DNA of 64,000 bases from Methanobacteriota archaeon (GCA_963769885.1 CAVYNH010000007.1:224001-288000), one strand, 5' to 3'; shown: positions 1-9,921, counted from the stretch's first letter. Program-made: numbers and translations. Notes: a model not told the origin generated them from the letters alone.

Positions 1-569
1 TCTTCCATGAGCTTCTCGGGAGGAACGACCCGGTTTATTAGGCCGATGCGGCAAGCCTCTTCCGCCGTGACTGGCGCGCCGGTCATGAGCAGTTCTTTCG
101 CCTTCGCCGCGCCGACGAGCCGAGGGAGGCGCTGGGTGCCGCCGAACCCCGGGTGAATCCCAAGGTTGATCTCCGGCTGCCCGATTTTCGCAGCGGTTGA
201 AGCCACAACGATGTCGCAGGCCATGAGGACCTCGCATCCCCCGCCGAGAGCGAATCCGTTCACCGCGGCAATGACCGCCAGTCGATTGGCCTCGAGACGG
301 CGCATCACGCGGTGTCCCAACTCCCCGAATTCACGGGCCTGTACCGGGGTCATCGCCTTCATCTGGCTGATGTCCGCCCCGGCGATGAACGCCTTGCCCT
401 CACCAGTGAGGATCAAGACTCTGATATTCACGTCAGCTTCGAGAGCGGTAATCGCCTCTTCAAGCTCCTTGAGTGTTTCGATATTGAGGGCGTTGAGGAC
501 CTGGGGGCGGTGGAAGGTGATAGTCGCAACTTTGCCTGAGGTGGTGACGAGTAGGTTCTTGTAATCCAT
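1..569 (-). CDS. crt: Enoyl-CoA hydratase/crotonase (3' end beyond window)
   Basis: Not in the ORF track. Manual translation from ATG 569 gives MDYKNLLVTT...AFIAGADI...AVNGFALGGGCE...GQPEINLGIHPGFGGTQRLPRLVG. Lies downstream of hbd and thiolase. Confidence 0.95.
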   Translation of the reverse strand, partial: MDYKNLLVTTSGKVATITFHRPQVLNALNIETLKELEEAITALEADVNIRVLILTGEGKAFIAGADISQMKAMTPVQAREFGELGHRVMRRLEANRLAVIAAVNGFALGGGCEVLMACDIVVASTAAKIGQPEINLGIHPGFGGTQRLPRLVGAAKAKELLMTGAPVTAEEACRIGLINRVVPPEKLME

Positions 570-574
570 ATGGC

Positions 575-1435
575 TCACCCCTTCTTTGGGTAGTCGTAAA
601 ATCCTTTCCCGGTCTTTCGTCCGAGGTAGCCTGCCTGCACCATCTTTTTTAGGAGTGGGCAAGGGCGGTACTTGGAGTCATTGAACCCGGTATATAGGAC
701 GGTCATGATGCTGAGCGCGGTATCGAGGCCGATTAAGTCTGCAAGCTCAAGTGGGCCCATGGGGTGGTTCATGCCGAGTTTCATGACGCCGTCAATGGCC
801 TCGACGCTAGCGGTGCCGTCTTGGACGCAGAAAATCGCCTCGTTGATCATCATGAACAGCACGCGGTTGGAGACGAACCCGGGCCCGTCGTTGACCTCGA
901 TAGGGATCTTGTCCAGCTTCGTAGACAGCTCGATGACGGCCTGCGCAGTTGGCTGTGAGGTGCGTAGGCCGCGGATGACCTCGACGAGCTTCATGAGCGG
1001 CACGGGGTTCATGAAGTGCATGCCGATGAACTGTTCCGGGCGTTTCGTCGACGAGGCGAGGTCCGTAATCGGGATTGTCGATGTGTTGGAGGCGAGGATG
1101 GCCTCCTTCTTGCAGATGTGGTCGAGCTTCGCAAACAGCTCTTTTTTCACGGTCGGGTTCTCGACGATGGCTTCAATGACCAAGTCGCAGTCCGCGAACC
1201 GCTCCAGCGCAGTCGTCGTCCCGATCTTGGCAAGCAGCGCGGTCTTCTGCTCCGCTGTCATCTTGCCTTTCTCCACACTCTTGTCGCAGAACCGCTCGAT
1301 TGCAGCGTGTCCTTTCTTCACGAGGTCCTCGGTAAGGTCCTGCAGGACGACGTCGTAGCCATGGTGCGCGCAGACCAGGGCGATGCCATGGCCCATGGTC
1401 CCGGCGCCGACGACTCCAATCTTCTTCATGGTCAC
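575..1435 (-). CDS. hbd: 3-hydroxybutyryl-CoA dehydrogenase
   Basis: GVVGAGTMG Rossmann motif, [35 protein letters not shown]. Confidence 0.95.
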   Translation of the reverse strand: MTMKKIGVVGAGTMGHGIALVCAHHGYDVVLQDLTEDLVKKGHAAIERFCDKSVEKGKMTAEQKTALLAKIGTTTALERFADCDLVIEAIVENPTVKKELFAKLDHICKKEAILASNTSTIPITDLASSTKRPEQFIGMHFMNPVPLMKLVEVIRGLRTSQPTAQAVIELSTKLDKIPIEVNDGPGFVSNRVLFMMINEAIFCVQDGTASVEAIDGVMKLGMNHPMGPLELADLIGLDTALSIMTVLYTGFNDSKYRPCPLLKKMVQAGYLGRKTGKGFYDYPKKG

Positions 1436-2610
1436 CTCTCCACCACGAAGGAAACTGCGTGACCGCCGCCCAGGCAGATCGTGGCGAGCCCACGGTGCTT
1501 GTTCAGCCGTTTCATGTTATGCAAGAGGGTGACGAGGATGCGTGAGCCGCTGCTGCCGATGGGATGCCCCAGGGCGATGGCGCCGCCGTTGATGTTGAAG
1601 ATCTCCCGGGGGATGCCCAATTCTTTGATTAGCGCCACCGACGCAGAGGAGAACGCCTCGTTGTGCTCCACGAGGTCGAAATCAGCGATTTTCAGATGCA
1701 TCTTGCTCAGAAGCGCCCGGACACCGGGAATCGGGGCCTCCATGACCAGCTCCGGCCGGACGCCATAAGTCCCATAGCCAGCGATCCGCGCGAGGGGCTC
1801 CAGGCCGAGGCTGTCCGCCTTCTTTTTGCTCATGACGACGACCGCGGAGGCGCCGTCCGTGATCTGCGAGGCGTTCCCCGCGGTGATCACGCCGCCCTCT
1901 TTGAAGAAGGGCTTCAGCTTCCCCAAGCTCTCGGCCGTGGTGTCCTTGCGGATACCTTCGTCCTTGCTAAACACAACGGGCTCGCCTTTTTTCTGCGGGA
2001 TGGTGATGGGAATGATTTCGTCTTTGAACGCGCCGGACTCGGTCGCCCGGGCAGCCTTTTGATGGCTCTCTGCGGAGATTTGGTCGCAGTCCTGCCTCGA
2101 GATATGGTACTTCTCCGCGACGATCTCCCCGGTCATGCCCATGTGGAAATTGTTGTAAGCGTCCCAGAGGCCGTCGTGGACCATGGCATCGATGACCTTG
2201 CCGTCGAAGATGCGGTACCCGAACCGGGCCTTGTCCAGGATGAATGGCGCGTTGGTCATGCTTTCCATGCCGCCGGCCACTAAGCAGTCGGCGTCCCCGC
2301 ATTTGATCGCCTGGGCGGCGAGGACCACGGCTTTCAATGATGACCCGCACACCTTGTCCACGTGCAGGCACCCGACTTCGTAGGGCATCTGCGCGGCGAC
2401 CGCGGCCTGTCTGGCGACGTTCTGCCCGAGGCCTGCGGAGACCACGTTTCCCATGATAATCTCATTGACTTCTTGAGGGCTGACACCGGCTTTTTTCACT
2501 GCTTCTTTGATGACGATGCCGCCGAGCTGAGGGGCGGAGAATTCCTTGAGTGTCCCGTCGAATTTCCCCTGGGCTGTGCGGACTGCTGCGACGATTACCG
2601 CTTCGTTCAT
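1432..2610 (-). CDS. thlA: Acetyl-CoA C-acetyltransferase (thiolase)
   Basis: KVCGSS nucleophile Cys, [24 protein letters not shown]. Start set at MNEAV behind GGAGG. Confidence 0.93.
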   Translation of the reverse strand: MNEAVIVAAVRTAQGKFDGTLKEFSAPQLGGIVIKEAVKKAGVSPQEVNEIIMGNVVSAGLGQNVARQAAVAAQMPYEVGCLHVDKVCGSSLKAVVLAAQAIKCGDADCLVAGGMESMTNAPFILDKARFGYRIFDGKVIDAMVHDGLWDAYNNFHMGMTGEIVAEKYHISRQDCDQISAESHQKAARATESGAFKDEIIPITIPQKKGEPVVFSKDEGIRKDTTAESLGKLKPFFKEGGVITAGNASQITDGASAVVVMSKKKADSLGLEPLARIAGYGTYGVRPELVMEAPIPGVRALLSKMHLKIADFDLVEHNEAFSSASVALIKELGIPREIFNINGGAIALGHPIGSSGSRILVTLLHNMKRLNKHRGLATICLGGGHAVSFVVER

Positions 2611-2900
2611 AACTTCACATGCCTCCTCCGTTGACAAAGGCATGCAAGCTATCGCCAAACAATTTAAATCACTTTCCGAAAATAACGGAGAATATCCGGT
2701 TGTGGAAGAAGGAAGGGGGAATTTGTAAGGGGGATAATATGAAGAGCAAAAGAAGCATCCCTTCCTCCTCTCCTCCCGGACACTTCTCTACTTTAGCTTG
2801 ACAAGCCCTTCAATACATATCCATATTTGCTATTTGTTAGCATGCAGTATGCAGTTTCTCTTTATAAATTTTACCTTCAGGGAACCTTCAACACAGGTCG

Positions 2901-3257
2901 CTATTTTTCCTCCAAATACGTGGCGATGGCTGGTGAGAGCCTGAGTCTTTTTCTCCCGGTCGTGCTCTGAAGCGTTAGAATATCTGATTTGAGAAGCTCG
3001 GTGATGATCCGGTATTTCGTCATGTGGCTGAGGGCGGGATCCATGCCGAGGCGATGCGCGAGGGCGTCCGTGCTTCGGATCACCCCCTCTATGCTGCGGC
3101 TCAAGGCGGTTTTATGTCGGAAGAACACGATGGTGGCGAGGCTGGCATACGTGTAGGATTTCATCTGGATCCCCCAGGCCTGTATCCCATATTTGATATT
3201 AATACTGGCAGGGCTCGACGCCCTGCCAATTTTGTTTGGATCGTTGATTTCGGTCAC
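2901..3257 (-). CDS. Hypothetical protein, possible C-terminal winged helix
   Basis: ORF fills the intergenic gap. The C-terminal pattern (TKYRIITELLKSDILTL...GRKRLRLSP) is wHTH-like. Start uncertain. Confidence 0.5.
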   Translation of the reverse strand: MTEINDPNKIGRASSPASINIKYGIQAWGIQMKSYTYASLATIVFFRHKTALSRSIEGVIRSTDALAHRLGMDPALSHMTKYRIITELLKSDILTLQSTTGRKRLRLSPAIATYLEEK

Positions 3258-3426
3258 CTTGAAGGTACGGATTGTGGACCGTACGATGTTTGCCTGTAGG
3301 TCTTGCCACCGTCTCCAAGGATCCTCCCCTTACAGTGCTACGAAGCGGCTTTCCTAGCTGATGCACATATTCATTGAATTCGAGGGGAAAAATGGTTAAG
3401 AACCCTTCAATCCTTGCGGAAGACGC

Positions 3427-4302
3427 ATGAAGATCGATGCACAGTGCGTCCCCTGCCTGCTAAAACGGGTGCTGTTCGAAACCGGACTGGCCTCGTCCTC
3501 GGACTCAAAGAAGACCAAGGCGGTGAAAGAGGCTTGCCGCGCACTCTCCCTGCATTACGATTCACGAGGCTGCAGCGCCGCCATCGCGACCGCCGTCCAC
3601 CGCGCCGTCTACGATGCCCTCGGCACGACGGATCCATACTATGACCTCAAGCGCCGCAGCACCAGAGAAGCGATGGGTCTCATGCCGACCGTGGAACGCC
3701 TCCTCAATGAGTCGGCAGACCGTATGAAGACAAGTCTGCTCTGCGCCGGAATCGCCAATATGCTTGATTTCGGGATAGAAGGCGCCGAGGCTACCCCTGA
3801 GCAGCTCTCTCAGGTCTTCACCCGCCTCTACCAAGAGGGGTTCGGTCATGACGATTCACCGCTCCTGAAGCAGCTGCTGAGTCGGTCGCGACGGCTGGTG
3901 TTCTTTGCCGATAACTGCGGGGAGCATGTCTTTGACAAAGTCCTCTGCCGCGAACTGCGCCGGGCCTATCCGGACCTCTCCATAACTCTGGTGGTCAAGG
4001 GCGTCCCGATCCTGAGTGATGCGACGCTGGAGGACGCCGCTGCCGTCGGCTTCTCAGAGGTCGTCTCGTCGGTTCTGACGACAGAGGCGTTCGCCGTCGG
4101 GGTCCCTGTCCCCCTGCCGAAAATCGTGGCGTCGGCGGTCGCTGGTGCAGACCTCGTGCTCTCCAAGGGGATGGCGAACTACGAGTCGCTGTCGGAGACT
4201 TCCATCCGGCCGATAGCGCACCTGCTGCGCACCAAATGCGCGCCGATCGCCGCTTCCCTAGGGCTTCCGGCCCACATCAGCGTCCTCAAAGTCTACGACT
4301 AG
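3427..4302 (+). CDS. DUF89/ARMT1-like damage-control phosphatase
   Basis: N-terminal CxxC, DPY..LK, ANMLDFG, DNCGE..FD, SDAT, KGMANYESL, KC..IA. Confidence 0.9.
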   Translation: MKIDAQCVPCLLKRVLFETGLASSSDSKKTKAVKEACRALSLHYDSRGCSAAIATAVHRAVYDALGTTDPYYDLKRRSTREAMGLMPTVERLLNESADRMKTSLLCAGIANMLDFGIEGAEATPEQLSQVFTRLYQEGFGHDDSPLLKQLLSRSRRLVFFADNCGEHVFDKVLCRELRRAYPDLSITLVVKGVPILSDATLEDAAAVGFSEVVSSVLTTEAFAVGVPVPLPKIVASAVAGADLVLSKGMANYESLSETSIRPIAHLLRTKCAPIAASLGLPAHISVLKVYD

Positions 4303-4421
4303 CCATCCTTGCAGCACATTGTATCTGATGACGTTTTAGCCCTCTCCTTATAAAAATAATATTATTTGAATAATAAAATTTAAATATTAAATAATGTATA
4401 ATTATATAATAGAGGGTTTCT

Positions 4422-4553
4422 ATGAACGAAACTGCTGTCCAAAACCTCTATCGCGATGCGCTCTCCGTCCATCTTCGAGGCATGGGACTCCCAGACTACA
4501 TCGCAGACTTCGAAGCAAACCGCATTCTGCGCCGCTGGCTCAAACTCGACTAA
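4422..4553 (+). CDS. Small hypothetical protein (43 aa, MNETAVQNLYRDALSVHLRGMGLPDYIADFEANRILRRWLKLD)
   Basis: Below the ORF-track cutoff. Preceded by an AT-rich TATA region and AGAGGG, followed by a pyrimidine tract. Sequence looks helical and amphipathic. Confidence 0.55.
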   Translation: MNETAVQNLYRDALSVHLRGMGLPDYIADFEANRILRRWLKLD

Positions 4554-4743
4554 CCGCCACACAACAAAGCAGCCGCTCTTCTTTTCGAAAAAAAACACTT
4601 CTTGAGAATGGGAGAAGGATCTGGAGGGGTAGGGGTTAGGAGAGATGGAAGGGAGAAGGAACGGAAATTCCAGATCCTCCATGTTATACTTTACTACTCA
4701 AACTATATAAAACTTACGAGAAAAACCGCCACAACCCGCCAAA

Positions 4744-5253
4744 TCACCGCCGCCCCTCACACCAAGAAAACGCCTGCTCCACCGCCTCCGCCGCGGACCC
4801 AGCAACTGAAAACCGACAGCCACACGACGACAGCGTCTGACTCGTCACCACATCATCCACACACCCCCCCGACCCCCGCACCAACACTAGCGGCCGACCG
4901 AAGATCTGCGCAAACGAAATCTCATTCAACGTCCCCCACCGACCATTCACCGCAATCACCACATCCGCCGCATAGACAATCAGCATGTTCCGTCGCGTCC
5001 CCAGGCCAGTCGCCAAGGGCACATCCACCCACGCATTCGCCTCATCCTTAGACTCCGGCAACACCCCAACCGTCAAACCACCGCCTGCCTTCGCGCCTTT
5101 GCAGACAGCCTCCATGACCCCACCGCGACCACCGCAGACCACGATGCCACCCCGCGCCGCAATCAACCGACCAATCTCTTCAGCCGTCTGCAACGTCGAC
5201 GACGCCAACTCCTCACACGTATCGCTCCCGCAGACCGCAATCAGCCACGGCAT
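4744..5253 (-). CDS. TIGR00725/LOG-family Rossmann-fold nucleotide-binding protein
   Basis: VCGGRGGVMEA, VGVLP, TGLG..RN, GRWGTLNEI. Confidence 0.9.
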   Translation of the reverse strand: MPWLIAVCGSDTCEELASSTLQTAEEIGRLIAARGGIVVCGGRGGVMEAVCKGAKAGGGLTVGVLPESKDEANAWVDVPLATGLGTRRNMLIVYAADVVIAVNGRWGTLNEISFAQIFGRPLVLVRGSGGCVDDVVTSQTLSSCGCRFSVAGSAAEAVEQAFSWCEGRR

Positions 5254-5305
5254 ACAACCGACGGCAACCCACCGAGGGCTATATATGATTTCCGTTTAAG
5301 AAAAA

Positions 5306-5510
5306 CCGATGCCCGACCGTGCCAACCACCTCACCACCTCAAGGTCTTGAGCGAGCCGCACGAGGCCTGCCGCCCGCTTTAGGAATTCACATCAGAGATT
5401 GACACGGCGCATCGATTCCCAAGCCCGATGTCCACCGACAGGATAAGGAGCGTCGGCCGGCCGCAAGAGCTAGCAATAAAGTTGAGGACACCGCAGCCAT
5501 GGCATCAGGC
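5306..5510 (-). ncRNA. Candidate structured non-coding RNA (~205 nt), family unknown
   Basis: TTTAAG about 30 nt upstream, 5' and 3' ends complementary, several internal helices with G-U pairs on the minus strand, T-tract immediately downstream, no credible ORF. Confidence 0.55.
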
Positions 5511-5574
5511 ACACACCCAACAACGGCAGGTAGACTTAAACGACTTATGGAGCGGTTTTTTGACCCCCGCCCGC

Positions 5575-6933
5575 CTACACGTCATCAACGACGGGCGTCC
5601 CCTGAGCCGGACCCGCCACGGGCTCCGGCGGATAGCACCGCGTCTTGCGCCCCCGGCGCTGCACCCGGATGAGTCCCGCCTGTTCCAGGACCTTGACGTT
5701 GTAGTTCACGGTCTGCGGCTTCTGCCCCAGACGCCGGGAAATCTCCTTCTGGGTCCCACCGGGATGCGCCGTGATCTCGTCGATAATTCGGACCTGCAGC
5801 TCCGTCAACCGGAACCGTTCCTCCTTAGGAAACATCATGTCCGTCGGGTAAAACGCCCGGTACTTCAACCCCTCACGACGCGACTTAATCAACTGCGTCT
5901 TCTCCAAGACCCCCAGATGATAGGACAACGTCCCGTTCTTCACCCCAATCTCACGGAGGATCTGGTTGTAATGGACCCCAGGGTTCGTCTTAATGTACCC
6001 ATAAATCTGCCCGCGGACGAACTGATCCAGGACATCCTCCTTCTGAATCCGCGTATACATCGGGAAGAACAACGCCAGGAATGACAGCAGCCGGTACTTC
6101 CCACTCTCCGTGAATACGAACGCGCTCACCACAAGCAGCCCCAGCCCCGCTGACCCCATGGCGGCCACCGGCCCCTCGTTCTTCTTCGCCCACAGGTACG
6201 TATGCGCCACGTTCCCCTCATAGTTCACCTGATACACCTGCACTGTTGAATACGTGACCCCTAGGCTATCCGTCGCATGGATCTTCATGTAATACACCCC
6301 GCTGCTTTGATACGTATGCTCCGTGGTGACCTGCCCCCCAGGATAGGAATCCTGCGCGCCGTCACCCCACTCAATCGAATACCGAGCAATAACCACAGGC
6401 GACTCCCGATTCATCGCCAACGGGAAAATCACACTCACATGATATGCATCCAGCTCCGGCACCGCCTGATACATCATCGCCTTCTCAGTGAAATTCTCTA
6501 ACGGCGACACAATAATAGCAGATACCGCAATCGCAGTCTGCCCAGGAACCTGAATACATGGCGACCCGCCGTACTCGGTCACCGTACTCCCATTCGGCAA
6601 CAGGCTCAACGCGTCATTCCCGTACTTCACCGCCACCCGATAATCAGGCAACAGGACACCAACGCTCTCCCGCGGCAGCGAAAACAACTCCGTCCGCTCC
6701 CCGTTCAACGTTACCGTCCGCTGATCAACCGATGGATCACGGGCAACCGCCGAGAAAAACGCAGATAAGTTCCCAGAATCCGAGGCATTCCCCACACGCA
6801 GCGAATGCAGAATCGGGACCGCAGCATAATCCCCGTTCGCCACCGCAGCAGATCCACTCGGAACAAAGCATAAAAAGAAACCGATAAGAATCATCGAAAA
6901 CACGATTGACTTGCACAATCGACCAGGCTGCAT
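5575..6933 (-). CDS. Membrane-anchored regulator: signal peptide + PKD-like ectodomain + TM + tandem winged HTH
   Basis: Signal peptide (FFLCFVPSGSA), PKD motif IEWGDG...EHTYQSSGVY, TM segment, two wHTH (VRGQIYGYIKTNPG...LSYHLGVLEK; HPGGTQKEI...VNYNVKVLEQAGLI). Confidence 0.85.
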   Translation of the reverse strand: MQPGRLCKSIVFSMILIGFFLCFVPSGSAAVANGDYAAVPILHSLRVGNASDSGNLSAFFSAVARDPSVDQRTVTLNGERTELFSLPRESVGVLLPDYRVAVKYGNDALSLLPNGSTVTEYGGSPCIQVPGQTAIAVSAIIVSPLENFTEKAMMYQAVPELDAYHVSVIFPLAMNRESPVVIARYSIEWGDGAQDSYPGGQVTTEHTYQSSGVYYMKIHATDSLGVTYSTVQVYQVNYEGNVAHTYLWAKKNEGPVAAMGSAGLGLLVVSAFVFTESGKYRLLSFLALFFPMYTRIQKEDVLDQFVRGQIYGYIKTNPGVHYNQILREIGVKNGTLSYHLGVLEKTQLIKSRREGLKYRAFYPTDMMFPKEERFRLTELQVRIIDEITAHPGGTQKEISRRLGQKPQTVNYNVKVLEQAGLIRVQRRGRKTRCYPPEPVAGPAQGTPVVDDV

Positions 6934-7331
6934 GGGTGACCGGACTCCCTACCTACTAGCAAAGGTATTACACCTTATAAATATATTATGTGACACTTTT
7001 TTGATTCATTCAAAAATCCATCAACTTACCTTATTGTACCGTTGATAGCCCTCATGGACGTTCTTACAGGCTCGTCACAACAAATGACGGCAGGGGACGA
7101 GGAATTCGATGTGCATGAAATCGCTGTTCCGGGGCATCGAGGAGGGGGTGTTTCTGCCGGCGTGGGGCTACGCACTCTTGGCTAGGGGTTGGTTCGTTGG
7201 TCCTCTCCTCGCCGTGGTCTTGGTGTCTGAGCGGCGGGAGGAGTAGGGGGGTTTTGCTCTTCGGAGCGGTGCCCACAACTTTTATAAATAAGACTTTCTT
7301 TTCCTACCCACCATCTACTGGAGAACACCCT

Positions 7332-7697
7332 ATGGCGAAGCTGGTACCAAAGACCAATCCTCACCTCATTGCGTTGATTCAGGATTTGAAGAAGATTTCC
7401 AACGAGCAGCAGGCACCCATCTGGAAGGATGTGGCAGAACGGCTCGAGAAGCCGCTGCGCAACTGGCCCGAGGTCAACCTCTCGCGCATCGAGAAGAACC
7501 TGGGCGACAACGAGACGGCCCTTATCCCTGGTAAGGTACTATCGCCTGGTGCATTGACCAAAAAGGCAAGCATCGCCGCCTGGTCGTTTTCCGAGAGCGC
7601 CCGTGAGAAGATCAAGAAGGCTGGCGGTAAGACGCTGTCGATTGATGAGCTAATGAAGCATAACCCGAAAGGGAAGAACATCCGGATTCTGGGGTAA
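7332..7697 (+). CDS. rpl18e: 50S ribosomal protein L18e
   Basis: KTNP...APIWKDVAERL...VNLSRI...PGKVL...AWSFSESA. Confidence 0.97.
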   Translation: MAKLVPKTNPHLIALIQDLKKISNEQQAPIWKDVAERLEKPLRNWPEVNLSRIEKNLGDNETALIPGKVLSPGALTKKASIAAWSFSESAREKIKKAGGKTLSIDELMKHNPKGKNIRILG

Positions 7698-7704
7698 TGA
7701 GACT

Positions 7705-8118
7705 ATGGTGACGATTATTGACGCTGACGGCGCCGTCCTCGGACGACTTTGTACGGTGGTCGCGAAACGCCTCCTGAAAGGGGAGGAGATTGCCGTCGTC
7801 AACTCCGAAAAAGCGATTGTGACGGGGAAGAAGACGATGGTGAAAAACCATTATCGGCATGAGCGCGAGGTGGGGACCTACCGGAAAGGGCCGTTCTACC
7901 CGCGGATGCCGGACCGTCTGGTGAAGCGTACGGTGCGCGGCATGATCCCATATCAAAGTCCACATGGCCGTGCGGCGTACCGCCGGCTGAAATGCTACAT
8001 CGGGATCCCAATCGCGCTGGCGAACCAGCCGGTGGAGAAGGTTCCCTCGGCCCAGAAGAAGGTGGCCAACTATATGACGATTCAAGAGATTTCACAGTTC
8101 TTAGGGGCGAAATGCTGA
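7705..8118 (+). CDS. rpl13: 50S ribosomal protein L13
   Basis: IDADGAVLGRL, KGPFYPRMPD, VRGMIP. Confidence 0.97.
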   Translation: MVTIIDADGAVLGRLCTVVAKRLLKGEEIAVVNSEKAIVTGKKTMVKNHYRHEREVGTYRKGPFYPRMPDRLVKRTVRGMIPYQSPHGRAAYRRLKCYIGIPIALANQPVEKVPSAQKKVANYMTIQEISQFLGAKC

Positions 8119-8522
8119 TGACGAAGAAAGTCGTGAATACCTCGGGGAAGCGGAAGACCGCGATCGCCAAGGCGACAGTGACCAAGGGACAGGGCCGCGT
8201 CCGGATCAACAACAAGCCGGTCGAACTCTATGAGCCTCAGATAGCCCGGTTCAAGATTATGGAGCCGCTTACCATTGCGGCGGGGCGGACTGATGACCTC
8301 AATATCGAGGTGACCGTGGCCGGTGGGGGGTTTATGAGTCAGGCGAACGCCTGCCGGACCGCGATTGCGAAAGGGATCCTCGAATATACCGGGGATCCGG
8401 CATTGAAAGTGTCGTTCCTGGACTTTGACCGTAGTCTGCTGGTGAGTGACTCGCGGTTTAAGGAGCCGAAGAAGCCGTTGGGCCGTGGTGCCCGCAAGAA
8501 GCGGCAGAAATCCTATAGGTGA
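8118..8522 (+). CDS. rps9: 30S ribosomal protein S9
   Basis: SGKRKTAIAKA, GGGFMSQA, EPKK..G.GARKKRQKSYR. TGATG coupling with rpl13. Confidence 0.97.
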   Translation: MTKKVVNTSGKRKTAIAKATVTKGQGRVRINNKPVELYEPQIARFKIMEPLTIAAGRTDDLNIEVTVAGGGFMSQANACRTAIAKGILEYTGDPALKVSFLDFDRSLLVSDSRFKEPKKPLGRGARKKRQKSYR

Positions 8523-8525
8523 GCT

Positions 8526-8750
8526 ATGATCATCCCTGTCCGTTGTTTTACCTGCGGTTCGGTTATTGCGCCGCTGTATGAGGAGTACCGGAAGCGTTGT
8601 GAGGAGTACTCGAAGGCGGTGGCGGCGGGGGAGAAGCCGAAGGAGACTCCGAAGCAGATCCTCGACAACCTCGGGGTTGAGCGGTACTGCTGCCGCCGGA
8701 TGATCATCTCCCACATCGACTTGCTGAAGGAAGCCGCGCCGTACGAATAA
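8526..8750 (+). CDS. rpoN: RNA polymerase subunit N (Rpo10)
   Basis: MIIPVRCFTCG...RYCCRRM. Confidence 0.98.
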   Translation: MIIPVRCFTCGSVIAPLYEEYRKRCEEYSKAVAAGEKPKETPKQILDNLGVERYCCRRMIISHIDLLKEAAPYE

Positions 8751-8807
8751 CTCGTTTCGAAAAATCATCAGGCGGCGCAGCCCGAATTCTCTTTTCTAAA
8801 ATGGTTT

Positions 8808-8909
8808 CTATTGATGCATGATTTTAAGGAGGTACCGGTAGAGTGAGATTACGGTCATTGTCAGCAGGCCGGCCATGAATCCAAGGAGGACGTAGAGCGC
8901 GGCCGGCAT
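8808..8909 (-). CDS. Possible 33-aa single-TM peptide (MPAALYVLLGFMAGLLTMTVISLYRYLLKIMHQ)
   Basis: Manual translation; GGTGA just upstream; one hydrophobic helix followed by basic residues. Confidence 0.35.
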   Translation of the reverse strand: MPAALYVLLGFMAGLLTMTVISLYRYLLKIMHQ

Positions 8910-9208
8910 AGTCACCGGCGCCTCTCTGTGTTTATGTTTTTGCGGTGGTTACCGATGGACATCACCTCATTGCTAAATTTTATCACGATATTATGTGTCA
9001 TTCTCAGTATTTATATCTTTCCTGAAAAAACGACCTTAGAACCTGTTCAAGCCGCCGGTTTTTATACCTGCGCAAAGCATATAATCCGACCACGGATTCT
9101 CCTCCTGGGTGATGTGGGATGCAAAAAACCTTACTCGATTTTATGGACCTCGAGTGCGCGCCAAAGAAGAAGCCCTCGGCTAAATAACCATGGTCCAGGT
9201 GAAAACCC

Positions 9209-9784
9209 TTAGATTTTCACGGACCTGTTTGCTTGGTACCGCCATATCGCAACACAGCACACCGCGATGAACACGGCGAAGCAGGCGACCGCGGCATAGA
9301 GGAACAGTGGATCTTGGAAGAACACGGCCCCGACTGTAGTCGGCGCCGGCACGGCCAGCTCATTGGTGCCCGTGCCGCCTCGGGAGGCGACCCAATCTTT
9401 GACTGAGTTCTCGGCTTGTATAACGTGCGGCTGGATCAGCGTCCCTTTGATGTAAGAGACGATATTTAGGATGCTGACAGCAAGCGCCACGAACGTCATC
9501 GTGAAAAGGACGACGATTCGCGTATTCTCGGGGTGCAAGAGGCTTTCACCCTTCCACGTCAACCGGTAGTACACCCACTTATGGCCCTCGCGCTCCGACC
9601 GTTTTATCAATCCGGCCTCGTTGAGCTTCGTCAAATGCTCATGCAAGGTCGCCTTGTTAAGGTTCGTCACCTTCGCGATATCGTTAAGGCCCATCGGCCG
9701 ACCGTCAAGATTCTTGAGAATATCCAGCCGCGTATCCGAGGCGAGTGCCTTGAAGGTCTCACGGTCAAGCGTGATCTTGGTCAT
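9209..9784 (-). CDS. ArsR-type wHTH regulator with two C-terminal TM helices
   Basis: FKALASDTRLDILKNL...KATLHEHLTKLNEAGLI...KWVYYRLTWKG, then two hydrophobic segments. Confidence 0.88.
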   Translation of the reverse strand: MTKITLDRETFKALASDTRLDILKNLDGRPMGLNDIAKVTNLNKATLHEHLTKLNEAGLIKRSEREGHKWVYYRLTWKGESLLHPENTRIVVLFTMTFVALAVSILNIVSYIKGTLIQPHVIQAENSVKDWVASRGGTGTNELAVPAPTTVGAVFFQDPLFLYAAVACFAVFIAVCCVAIWRYQANRSVKI

Positions 9785-9921
9785 TGAAGTCTCCTATAGT
9801 ATCAGTCTATATCTTAAAACCTTAAAAAGTATTGGTTTACGTTTGGTGTTTTCCAAACACGGTCCAGAAGGCCGGTGAGGCAAATATCTAATATGCATGT
9901 TTCGATACGGTAACCCTAAGT

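Noticed and set aside
5240-5505. ATGCC(A/G)TGGCTG shared by the start of the TIGR00725 gene and the 5' end of the candidate RNA; also amber/opal read-through of MPWLRCPQLYC*
   Set aside because: A 12-nt near-match could be chance. The read-through product has two stops, resembles no known protein and has no Pyl/Sec context.
7050-7330. Expected tRNA-Leu before rpl18e, and a 43-aa ORF at 7055-7186
   Set aside because: No cloverleaf or T-loop consensus was found. The ORF has no RBS or recognisable features.
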